DNA from: a virus | IMG/VR virus record: IMGVR_UViG_3300045988_004668 | DNA length: 42,282 bases | Reading direction: 5' to 3' (one strand) | In this document: piece by piece, positions 30,367 to 37,855 of the stretch | Layout: each line of letters opens with the position of its first letter | How positions within the stretch are numbered: position 1 is the first letter of the stretch | Notes under the pieces: model-generated | Database searches by the model: none | Told to the model about the DNA's origin: nothing | What the model saw: the letters and a program-made list of their open reading frames with translations, nothing else | Position numbers and translations under genes: made by a program

Positions 30367-30819
30367 CTATTCTTCCGAAACTCCGGCAGGCCCGTCCGGC
30401 AAATCCTTGTACCGCTGCCGGTCTTTCTTCCGGACAGCTGCCAGCAGCTTCGCTTCCTCCGCGATCATCGCACCCCACTGCTCCATGGCTTTCCCAATCC
30501 ATTTGCACCCTTCCGGGTTCTGCCGGGCCGCCTCGTACAGTAGCTGCAGCTTCGGGTCGAGATTCTGCAGTGCAATGTTTGCGCGTGTCAGCTCGTCCCG
30601 GCGCATCTGCGCCTCGTGCTGATTCGTCGGCCAGATGTTGTTGGCCGCTGTCGCGTGCTCATGCACGTCGCTGGCCAGCTGCATGATGCGCGACGTGAGG
30701 AAGAACGTGTACCGCTTCGGTGCCTTCATGCAGCAGCTGAGTGTGAACGCTTCCAGCTTCTTCGCCGTGTCCACGAACTGCATGCTGCTTTCGCTCCGTT
30801 TGGATTTGTAGACCGACAT
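30367..30819 (-). CDS. avd: Accessory variability determinant (Avd)-like four-helix-bundle protein
   Basis: 150 aa, helical and basic. KAPKRYTFFLTSRIMQLASDVHEHATAANNI fits the Avd/four-helix-bundle family pattern. It sits in the canonical position between target gene and TR. Confidence 0.75.
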   Translation of the reverse strand: MSVYKSKRSESSMQFVDTAKKLEAFTLSCCMKAPKRYTFFLTSRIMQLASDVHEHATAANNIWPTNQHEAQMRRDELTRANIALQNLDPKLQLLYEAARQNPEGCKWIGKAMEQWGAMIAEEAKLLAAVRKKDRQRYKDLPDGPAGVSEE

Positions 30820-30840
30820 ACCGTCTCGTCCTTTCTTGCC

Positions 30841-30878
30841 GCCTCCTGCCCGCAGCGCACAGGCTGCTGGCCGGAGGC
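30841..30878 (-). promoter_or_regulatory. Hairpin 43 nt downstream of the VR1-target stop codon (candidate DGR target-recognition hairpin)
   Basis: Coding strand GCCTCCGGCCAGCAGC-CTGTGC-GCTGCGGGCAGGAGGC: 14 of 16 stem positions pair, and the 6-nt loop is identical to the loop after VR2. Confidence 0.55.
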
Positions 30879-30921
30879 AGAGCTTTCTTCGTTTTGAAAT
30901 CTCGGCTTTCCGGATTCTGGA

Positions 30922-32583
30922 TTAAAAGCAGAAGCCGAAGGCCACGCCAGTGGCACCGCTGGCGCTGTAAACGTACGCGTCGCCGTCGCTGCCGACCAGG
31001 CAGAAATACGTGGAGTCGCTGGCAAACGGCGAGCGCTCCCACCAGTAGGCTGCAGAGCCGTTCCGCTTCTTGACCTTGCTGTTGCCCGCCTTATAGTAAT
31101 CGTACTGCGTGCCTTCGCCTGCCGCCGAGTAGCTGGTCGAGCCGAAGATTTCGACCTCGCTGAGCAAAAACAGCTTGTCCGATACCGTCTCGATCGTCGA
31201 GCTTGCGCCGCCCACGGATGCCTTCTTGCTCACCTCGCGGATGCCGTTCTGTACCTCCGTAGGCATGAGCGCCAGAATCGCAGGCAGATGCGTCGTGCGC
31301 ATTGCGCTGTTCTTCCAGCCGCCGGAGTTCGTGTCCGAGCTGTTCATAGCCTTTGTGTCGCCGTAGCAGTCGTGCAGCTGGAAGGTCAGCGGCGCCTTCC
31401 CGCCGGATGCGTAGGTGTCGTGGTTCTTGCCGATGATGTCCACCTGATAGCTCGTGCCATTGATGGTCATCGTCTTGCTGTTGCCCACCGCCCATGTGCT
31501 CGGCACGCTGCCCGAATGGCACGCCGCGATGATGGAAGCCCAGTCGTTGTCCGCGAAGTTGTCCTTCAGGAAGCTCACCGTCACCGCGCAGGTCTTGCTC
31601 GCTGGCGCAGTATAGTTTGTTCCTGCTGCCACACTGATGGTGATCTTTGCGCTGCCGTTGGCCTTGCCCGTCACCGTCACCGTATTGCCCGATACGCTCA
31701 CCGTCGCCGCCGCTGTGTTGCTGCTCACGGCGCTGATCGTGCCGTTGCCGCTGCGCGTCACCGTGATGGTCTTGCTCTTCGTCGTGGTATCCAGCGTCAT
31801 GCTGGTAGGGGAGATGCTGAGGCTCCCCGCTGCCTTCCCGATACTCCAACTCACGCTCTTCGGCGTGGTGCTTCCGTCGCTCCAGCGGTAGTTGCTCTTC
31901 GGCGTGAAGGTTGCCGTGTAGCTTCCCGCGTTCGTGCCGGATGTCGTGCCGCCGATGGTCAGCTGTGTCGTGCTGTAGTTGTTCCATGTGGGGGACTGGC
32001 TGCCGCCGTTGTAGGTCAGCGTCCCGCTCTGGCTCGGCACCGCAGAGATCGTCTTCCGGTTCACCGTCACGCTCGTCGTCGCCGTCTTCGTTACGCCGTT
32101 TTCCGTGTAGCTCACCGTGATTGTCTGCGTGCCGACCGTGCTCAGTACCGTCGGGCTGCAGCTGTAGCCGGTCACATTGGCCGTGGCGCCGTCGGAGTAG
32201 GTGGCCTTCACCACCATGCCCGCGCTCTGGAAGCTGTCGCCGTACTCATAGACCTTCTTCGTCGGCTGCGCCGTGATCTCGATCTTCGTCAGCCGGTGCA
32301 CCACCGTAATGGCCTGCTCCGCCGTCTTCGTCACGCCGCCTTCCGTGTACTCGATGGTGACGCTCGTCGTGCCGTCCGTCAGTGCCGTGTCCGGGCTGAA
32401 GCTGTATCCCGTCGCCTTGAGCGTGGCGCCGTTGGAATATGTCGCCGTGACGATCATCCCTGCCGGGCTGAAGGTTTCACCGGAGACGTAGGTCGTTTTT
32501 GCTGGCGGCGTTGTAATGGCGATCGACACCAGCTTCACCCCGCCGCCTCCGCCGCCTACCATGTTGAAGACTAATCCGTTCAT
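30922..32583 (-). CDS. DGR target protein 1: Ig-like-repeat adhesin/receptor-binding protein with DUF6273-like variable C-terminal domain
   Basis: It has an N-terminal Gly run, two Big_3-like repeats (ITTPPAKTTYVSGETFSPAGMIVTATYSNG..., ITAQPTKKVYEYGDSFQSAGMVVKATYSDG...) and a Big_2-like repeat. These are followed by NSGGWKNSAMR...DKLFLLSEVEIFG...YWWERSPFASDSTYFCLVGSDGDAYVYSASGATGVAFGFCF. The ATGA start is coupled to the tail fiber gene. Confidence 0.9.
   Translation of the reverse strand: MNGLVFNMVGGGGGGVKLVSIAITTPPAKTTYVSGETFSPAGMIVTATYSNGATLKATGYSFSPDTALTDGTTSVTIEYTEGGVTKTAEQAITVVHRLTKIEITAQPTKKVYEYGDSFQSAGMVVKATYSDGATANVTGYSCSPTVLSTVGTQTITVSYTENGVTKTATTSVTVNRKTISAVPSQSGTLTYNGGSQSPTWNNYSTTQLTIGGTTSGTNAGSYTATFTPKSNYRWSDGSTTPKSVSWSIGKAAGSLSISPTSMTLDTTTKSKTITVTRSGNGTISAVSSNTAAATVSVSGNTVTVTGKANGSAKITISVAAGTNYTAPASKTCAVTVSFLKDNFADNDWASIIAACHSGSVPSTWAVGNSKTMTINGTSYQVDIIGKNHDTYASGGKAPLTFQLHDCYGDTKAMNSSDTNSGGWKNSAMRTTHLPAILALMPTEVQNGIREVSKKASVGGASSTIETVSDKLFLLSEVEIFGSTSYSAAGEGTQYDYYKAGNSKVKKRNGSAAYWWERSPFASDSTYFCLVGSDGDAYVYSASGATGVAFGFCF
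30928..31060 (-). repeat. DGR variable repeat 1 (VR1)
   Basis: Gap-free 133-nt alignment to TR with 18 mismatches, all at TR coding-strand adenines. All 13 TR Asn codons are replaced (Y,F,D,Y,G,D,D,Y,V,Y,S,G,T). Confidence 0.92.
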
Positions 32584-34403
32584 GTTCCCACCTCAATTCT
32601 CGTGATGTTCACCGTCAATGCCGCCGTCGGCGTCTGGCTGCAGTGGAAGGTCATCTTGCCTGCCTGCGTCACATTGTCCGCGTAGATGATCGCCTCGCTG
32701 TACGCGCCGAAGCTGGCCGGTGCAGGCGTCACCACATACGCATACGCGCCCGTCAGGATGTTCGCGTTGCTCACCGTCTGCGCTTTGCTACTCCAGCTGG
32801 CAGCCGCCAGCGTCACCGTGAAGGAAACAGCTTTCCCGCTCTTTGCGTTCCAGGCCGTCCGCTCCGCTGCTGTGACGTGCTTCGTGGTATCGGCCTCGTG
32901 GTCGTCGAGGTTGCCCTGCACAGTTGCCGCAGCGCCTGCCGTTTCTTTCCCTGCAAGTGCGGTTCGGATGTCGCTGTGCGCCGCGCTGGAGCTGTTGTGT
33001 GCCGACACCGCGCTGGCCGCTTCCGACTTGCCGGTTCCTGCCGGGTCTGCGCCTGCCTGCACCGCCGTTACCTGGTGCGGGTTGTCCGTGTTCCCGGTAT
33101 GTGCGCCCAGGCTTGTAGCGTTGGCCTTCTTGTCAAGCTCTGCCTTCACGCCGCCGCTGGTCACAGGGTTCGTGCTGTTCGCTGTCGGGGCTGCGTCGAA
33201 GGTCAGTTTGTCCTGCTTGCCGTTCCACTTGGTGCGCTCCGCTGCCGTGACGTGCTTCGTGGTATCAGCCTCGTGGTCGTCCAGGTTTCCCTGCACGGCG
33301 CCCGCCTTGGTCTCGGCGGTTCCCGCTGCGTCTGCGCCTACCATCTCTGCGGTATAGTCTCCTGCCTTCGGAACAACTGCGCCGCCTCGTCCGTTGAAGC
33401 TCGTCACGCCGCCGCCCGCGATGGCCTGCGCACTGTCGCACCAATACTTCGCGTTGTTGGTGTTCTCGCCCTCGCGTGTTCCTGTTCCGCCCACGGCCCA
33501 GCTCTCAGCTGCTTTTGCGTTTGCCTCCACGCCCTGTGCGCTGCTCTGCGCAAGCTCCGCGCTTTCCTGCGCGTCCGTGGCCGCCGCCTGGGCGTCCGTC
33601 TTCGCAGTCTCTGCTGCAGCCTTGGCTGCCTGCGCCGCCTGCTTGTCCTGGCCTGCGCTTGCAGCGGATGCAGCTGCTGCCGTCTTGCTGCCGACCGCCT
33701 CATCTCTTGCCGCTTCCGCAGCCGTCTGCGCGGTTGCCGCATCTCCAGCCGCTTTTGTCGCTGCCGCGCTGTCTGCCGCGACGGATGCCTCGCTTTTCTT
33801 GGCGTTCGTCTCCGCCATCTTTGCTGCCGCCTCAGACTCTGCCGCATTGCTGGCCGCCGACTCTGCGCCTGCCTTCGCCGTGCGGGCATCCGTGGCCGAC
33901 TGCGCCGCCTGCGTGGCGTTCGTTGTCGTGGCCTTCTGCGCGTTCTCCGCCTTTGTGGCGGCCTCCTGCGCCGTGTCGGCTGCCCCGGAAGCTGTCTGCT
34001 CGGAAGCAGCTGCCGCTGCCGCCTTCGTGCTGGCGGTTGCTGCTGCCGTCTGCGCAGTGCTTGCGTCGGTCTGAGCGCTCGATGCTGCCGACTGCGCGGC
34101 TGTCTTCGCCGCTTCTGCCGCTGTCTTGGCCGCCTGCGCCTGTGAGATCGTCGCAGAGACCAGGTCTCCCTGCAAATCTGCAAGCGTCAGAATCTCACGC
34201 CACGCGCTGTCGTCTTCGTTTTCATACTTCCACTGCAGCTGCCCGTCGGTCTCGCTGTAGCGGATGACGACCGGTTCGCCGCCGTCGCCTTTCAGGCTGG
34301 CCAGCCACTCTTCTTCGGTTCCGATGAAGCCGTGCTTCACGGCGATGCCATAAGCCGTGATGTAATACCCGCGCCACTCGGTTCCGATCTTCGTGTAGCT
34401 CAT
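32580..34403 (-). CDS. Tail fiber protein with long Ala-rich coiled-coil stalk
   Basis: The stalk is roughly 300 aa of A/Q/T/S/E/K heptad-like sequence. It is followed by a duplicated VQGNLDDHEADTTKHVTAAERTxWNxK module and a beta-rich C-terminus. GGAGGTG precedes the ATG at 34403. Confidence 0.8.
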   Translation of the reverse strand: MSYTKIGTEWRGYYITAYGIAVKHGFIGTEEEWLASLKGDGGEPVVIRYSETDGQLQWKYENEDDSAWREILTLADLQGDLVSATISQAQAAKTAAEAAKTAAQSAASSAQTDASTAQTAAATASTKAAAAAASEQTASGAADTAQEAATKAENAQKATTTNATQAAQSATDARTAKAGAESAASNAAESEAAAKMAETNAKKSEASVAADSAAATKAAGDAATAQTAAEAARDEAVGSKTAAAASAASAGQDKQAAQAAKAAAETAKTDAQAAATDAQESAELAQSSAQGVEANAKAAESWAVGGTGTREGENTNNAKYWCDSAQAIAGGGVTSFNGRGGAVVPKAGDYTAEMVGADAAGTAETKAGAVQGNLDDHEADTTKHVTAAERTKWNGKQDKLTFDAAPTANSTNPVTSGGVKAELDKKANATSLGAHTGNTDNPHQVTAVQAGADPAGTGKSEAASAVSAHNSSSAAHSDIRTALAGKETAGAAATVQGNLDDHEADTTKHVTAAERTAWNAKSGKAVSFTVTLAAASWSSKAQTVSNANILTGAYAYVVTPAPASFGAYSEAIIYADNVTQAGKMTFHCSQTPTAALTVNITRIEVGT

Positions 34404-34765
34404 ACATACACCTCCATGTGGGTGTCTGCCGGATGGTAGTTGAGCGCGAACCAGCGCATGAACTCGCTGAAAAAGCTGTTGAATACCTGCATCGTATTCT
34501 GGTACTTGTTGTACTCGCCGTTTGCAAAGTCGATCATGGCCGTCAAATAAGCCCAGTAGATTTTGTCGTGCGGCGGCTGCGCCAGCAGCTCCTTGTCCTT
34601 ATCTGCGTCATAGTGGTAGGTGATGATCTCTTCGCTTGCGAAGAGCAGAACCTCCGTCTGCACCAGCCCCTCGCACTCGTTGAGCCACTGCGTCTTTGCC
34701 TCGTTGGAGAAGGCGTTCGGCTTGATCTCGTCCACCATGTCGATGACGCTCTTCAAGGTTGCCAT
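34400..34765 (-). CDS. Head-tail joining region protein (121 aa; function tentative)
   Basis: ATG at 34765 follows AGGAGGTG. It lies between the capsid genes and the tail fiber. Confidence 0.5.
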   Translation of the reverse strand: MATLKSVIDMVDEIKPNAFSNEAKTQWLNECEGLVQTEVLLFASEEIITYHYDADKDKELLAQPPHDKIYWAYLTAMIDFANGEYNKYQNTMQVFNSFFSEFMRWFALNYHPADTHMEVYV

Positions 34766-34836
34766 GCCCGGCACCTCCTTCCTCGAAAAATGCAAAGCCG
34801 GGGCGACGGCAAGCGCCGCCGTCCCGGTTCTGTGTG

Positions 34837-35052
34837 TCAGGTTGTCGCGCTCAGCTTTGTGGCCAGCGCGTTATATTTCGCCTTCAGCTCGTTTGCCAGC
34901 GTGACGACGGCGTCAAACTCCGCCTTCGTCGGTGCCGAGCCTGCGGCGGCGGCCGCATCTGCGGCCGTTACCTTGGACGTGGACGCCTTCATGCTGCCGA
35001 GTTTCAGTTCATCGGTCACTTCCAGGTTTGTGAACCTTGTGTACTTTCCCAT
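34837..35052 (-). CDS. Small capsid-module protein (71 aa)
   Basis: GGAGGG precedes the ATG. It lies immediately downstream of the major capsid gene and has an Ala-rich helical C-terminus. Confidence 0.5.
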   Translation of the reverse strand: MGKYTRFTNLEVTDELKLGSMKASTSKVTAADAAAAAGSAPTKAEFDAVVTLANELKAKYNALATKLSATT

Positions 35053-35067
35053 CCTGAAGCCCTCCTG

Positions 35068-36075
35068 TCAGCCGCCGACAAGCTGCGTGCCGCCGGTCAC
35101 GCCGCCGACGCAGAACGCCCGCCAGTCGTTGAAGCCCGCGATGAAACGCGCATAGCCCTTCCAGACGTTGGCGTCGTTGCCTGCCAGCTCGCTGCGAACC
35201 TCCAGCGCCACTCGGTCAAGCCACACGGCGCCGCCGTATTCCTCGTTGTACTTGCTGTCTAGCAGCACCCACGGCTTCGTGCCTGCGGTGATAAACTGGT
35301 TGAGGTACGGCCAGACGATGACGTTCCAGCGGCCAAAGTTGAAGTTGAAGCCGTTGTTGGCGGTGTTCGGGTCTTTGTCTGCGCCGATCGCGGCGAAGAC
35401 ATCCCGCTTGAGCGTGTACTCGTTCGGGATGAGGATGGTCGTCGGCGCCACGTCCAGGACTTCCTCGTTGTCGCCCCGGAAGTCCTGCATGGCAGACTCC
35501 GCTGCAGCCAGCGCGTCGCTGGAGAAGCCGTCGGCAAAGAGGTTCGACTGCTTCTTCTTGCCCAGTGCCGACGGATGCTCCTTGGCAAACAGGCACTTGC
35601 CGTCCGCGCCCAGCGTAGAGAAGGTCTTGCCGTAGAACTTCGTGCTCGTTGCGCCGGTGATGGCCGCGCCGAGCAGCGCCGCGCCGAACTTCTCGCGCGT
35701 GCGGTAATACGACGTGATGAAGCCCGCAGGCTGCTTCTTGAGGTCCATCAGCTTGCCGTCTTCCACGATCTCGCGCGACAGCGAGAAGCTGTTCTTCCAG
35801 GTCATGTGCTCCAGGAACTTGCTGAAGCCTTCCTGCATACCATCCACGGGATAGTCGCCGTTCTCGCCGACCGGCTGGAAGCCCTCCATCGCGGTCATGG
35901 TCGTGAACTTCTCGCCCCAGTGGTTGCTGGGGGAGATGTTGAACAGCTCCGGCAGCATGCTGGCCTGCTCGAAGGCCTCGCCGCGCTTCTCCAGGAACAT
36001 CTTGATCGGTTCCTGGCTCTTGCCGAAAATGCTGTCCTGAAGGCCGGAGCCTTCGGTAAAGGTAATGTTAGCCAT
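35068..36075 (-). CDS. Major capsid protein (HK97-fold type)
   Basis: 335 aa, downstream of the scaffold and decoration-like genes. AAAGGAG precedes the ATG. The sequence style (...FSKFLEHMTWKNSFSLSREIVEDGK...WPYLNQF...) is typical of phage major capsid proteins. Confidence 0.8.
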   Translation of the reverse strand: MANITFTEGSGLQDSIFGKSQEPIKMFLEKRGEAFEQASMLPELFNISPSNHWGEKFTTMTAMEGFQPVGENGDYPVDGMQEGFSKFLEHMTWKNSFSLSREIVEDGKLMDLKKQPAGFITSYYRTREKFGAALLGAAITGATSTKFYGKTFSTLGADGKCLFAKEHPSALGKKKQSNLFADGFSSDALAAAESAMQDFRGDNEEVLDVAPTTILIPNEYTLKRDVFAAIGADKDPNTANNGFNFNFGRWNVIVWPYLNQFITAGTKPWVLLDSKYNEEYGGAVWLDRVALEVRSELAGNDANVWKGYARFIAGFNDWRAFCVGGVTGGTQLVGG

Positions 36076-36098
36076 TGCTTATGTCTCCTTTCCTGGTA

Positions 36099-36491
36099 TC
36101 AGAAGCGGACGCGGCACATATCGCCCGCCGCCGTGCCGTCCATATAGACGACCTCGGCCACGCCGCTCGCGGTCGTGCCCGTGACCTGCAGACCGTCCGT
36201 GTGCAGCGTGACCTTGCTGCCCAGCTTTACGCTGGTAGCTGCCGCCGCAAACGTGGTCTCGAAGATCATGTCCTTGTTTACCCGAATCACGGGGATGATG
36301 TCGCCCGCCGTGCACGGGCTGTCCTTCTCGCACATGGAGATGTACGTCGGCGCGTTCGTGCCGGTTGCCAGTGCGAGATTGCCGCCCGACTGGACAAGTG
36401 CCATGCCGACCTTCGGCGTAATGGCGCCGCACGGCAGATACTCGATGCCCGAAATCCTGTTGTCATCGATGCTGTGAATTTTGAAACTCAT
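36099..36491 (-). CDS. Capsid-associated protein, DUF2190-like (decoration-type; tentative)
   Basis: 130 aa from ATG 36491 (AAAGGAG upstream). Beta-rich sequence ending in GDMCRVRF, positioned between scaffold and MCP. Confidence 0.5.
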   Translation of the reverse strand: MSFKIHSIDDNRISGIEYLPCGAITPKVGMALVQSGGNLALATGTNAPTYISMCEKDSPCTAGDIIPVIRVNKDMIFETTFAAAATSVKLGSKVTLHTDGLQVTGTTASGVAEVVYMDGTAAGDMCRVRF

Positions 36492-36507
36492 GTGAAATGC
36501 TCCTTTC

Positions 36508-37482
36508 TCAGCCCTTGTGTGTCCGGCTGTAGTGTGCCTGAATCTCCGCATCGGTAACGCCTGGGTTCATGGTGCGGTACAGCTCCTTCACGTCCGAAGG
36601 AACCGTCACGGCGCCCTTTCCCCGCGTCTGTGTCTGCGCCAAATGCTGCTTCGACTGTGCGGCATTGATGGCCGCCTGCCGTGCCCTTGCCGCTGTGCCC
36701 TGTGAAAGCGTCTCGAAGTTCGCCAGCTTAAAAGCGTCGAGCAGACTGTTGCCCTTCTTCACCAGCTCATAGAACTGCGGATAGCTCGGCATCTTCGCCA
36801 GGTCTTGCAGCTCGCGGATGTTCGGGTCAAGCTCGCTGATCTTCTTCAGCTGCTCATCCACCTGCACCTTGGCCTGCGCCTCCTGGGCGTCCTGTCTGGC
36901 CTTCTCCGCCGCCAGCTTCGCCTCCCGCGCTTCGCGCACCTCCGGCAGATTCTGCACAAATTGTTTGAACTCTTCGTCGCTCATCCCGCTCTTTCGGAGC
37001 AGGTGAGACTTCTTCTCTTCCTCGAAGCGCTCCCGGTACTCTTCGTACTCCGCCTTCGAGGTGATGGGCTTCTTGGTGTACGGGTTTGTCATGCCGCTGC
37101 TTGCAAACGCCTCGTCAATGAACCGCTGCGCCTCTGCTCTGGCGTCCTCTCTGGCCTTTGCAATCGCCGCATCCCGCTCTGCTTCCGCCTTCCGGCGTGC
37201 CGCTGCAAACTGTGCGTTGCGGACATTCGCATCCTGCGCACCTTCGCTGCCCGTTTCTGTATTGCCTTCCGGCTGCTCGCCGCCTGCGTCTTCTTCAGAC
37301 GCCTGGTCGTCTGCGCCGGTTGTCTGCTGTGTATTGTCCTGGTCTTCTTCGGCAGGGTCGGCGATCTCCTGCACTTCTTCGCCTTGCGCCTGTTCTTCCT
37401 GCGACTGTGCAGGGTCGGCGGCTTCCTGCTCTTTTCCGCCTTCGTCGATGCCAAACAGTGCGCCGTAGTCGATCTCGTTCAC
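36508..37482 (-). CDS. Head scaffolding protein (DUF4355-like)
   Basis: It has a very acidic N-terminal third followed by a long charged coiled coil. It lies directly upstream of the capsid genes. GTG at 37482 follows GGAGGG. Confidence 0.75.
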   Translation of the reverse strand: MNEIDYGALFGIDEGGKEQEAADPAQSQEEQAQGEEVQEIADPAEEDQDNTQQTTGADDQASEEDAGGEQPEGNTETGSEGAQDANVRNAQFAAARRKAEAERDAAIAKAREDARAEAQRFIDEAFASSGMTNPYTKKPITSKAEYEEYRERFEEEKKSHLLRKSGMSDEEFKQFVQNLPEVREAREAKLAAEKARQDAQEAQAKVQVDEQLKKISELDPNIRELQDLAKMPSYPQFYELVKKGNSLLDAFKLANFETLSQGTAARARQAAINAAQSKQHLAQTQTRGKGAVTVPSDVKELYRTMNPGVTDAEIQAHYSRTHKG

Positions 37483-37564
37483 GTGTCCCTCCGGTGCCCG
37501 CAGTCTGCGGGCCTTGCATTTTTACGCTATTGCTGCGAAGTGTCGGGGCTGGCGGCGAGCGGCA

Positions 37565-37729
37565 TCACTTACCGCTCTTGCCGCTGCCGGAACTGCCGGT
37601 GCGAAGATCGTTGCCGGTCTTCACCTGGCCGTTGCCCTTCTTCACGTTCTGCGAGAAAGGCGCGTTGACCTTCTGTGCGCCGGTGTTCTGGATGCTGCCA
37701 GCGTAGCCGGGTCTCTTGTTGTCTGCCAT
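37565..37729 (-). CDS. Small basic low-complexity protein (54 aa)
   Basis: MADNKRPGYAGSIQNTGAQKVN...GSSGSGKSGK. ATG at 37729 follows AAAGGAGG. Confidence 0.45.
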   Translation of the reverse strand: MADNKRPGYAGSIQNTGAQKVNAPFSQNVKKGNGQVKTGNDLRTGSSGSGKSGK

Positions 37730-37855
37730 GTGTTCGTCCTCCTTTCTTTTTGGATGCTCCTGCGTCACGGCCAGCTGCGCGGGTGCCCCAATCCCGCGCA
37801 GCCTGCCGCTTCAGGAGGCCGGGCGATACCCGGATAAAAGAAACGATCAAAAGAA

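Larger units (their letters stand above)
28804..32583 (-). mobile_element. Diversity-generating retroelement cassette (target-avd-TR-RT)
   Basis: It combines the four elements above in the canonical order on one strand. Confidence 0.9.

Noticed and set aside
32643-34267. Several 220-500-aa ORFs on both strands within the tail fiber gene (for example 32643..34145, 33404..34183, 33476..34267).
   Set aside because: They are artefacts of the GCN-rich alanine stalk, which is open in almost every frame. Their compositions (poly-Arg/Cys/Leu or Pro/Ser) are not protein-like.
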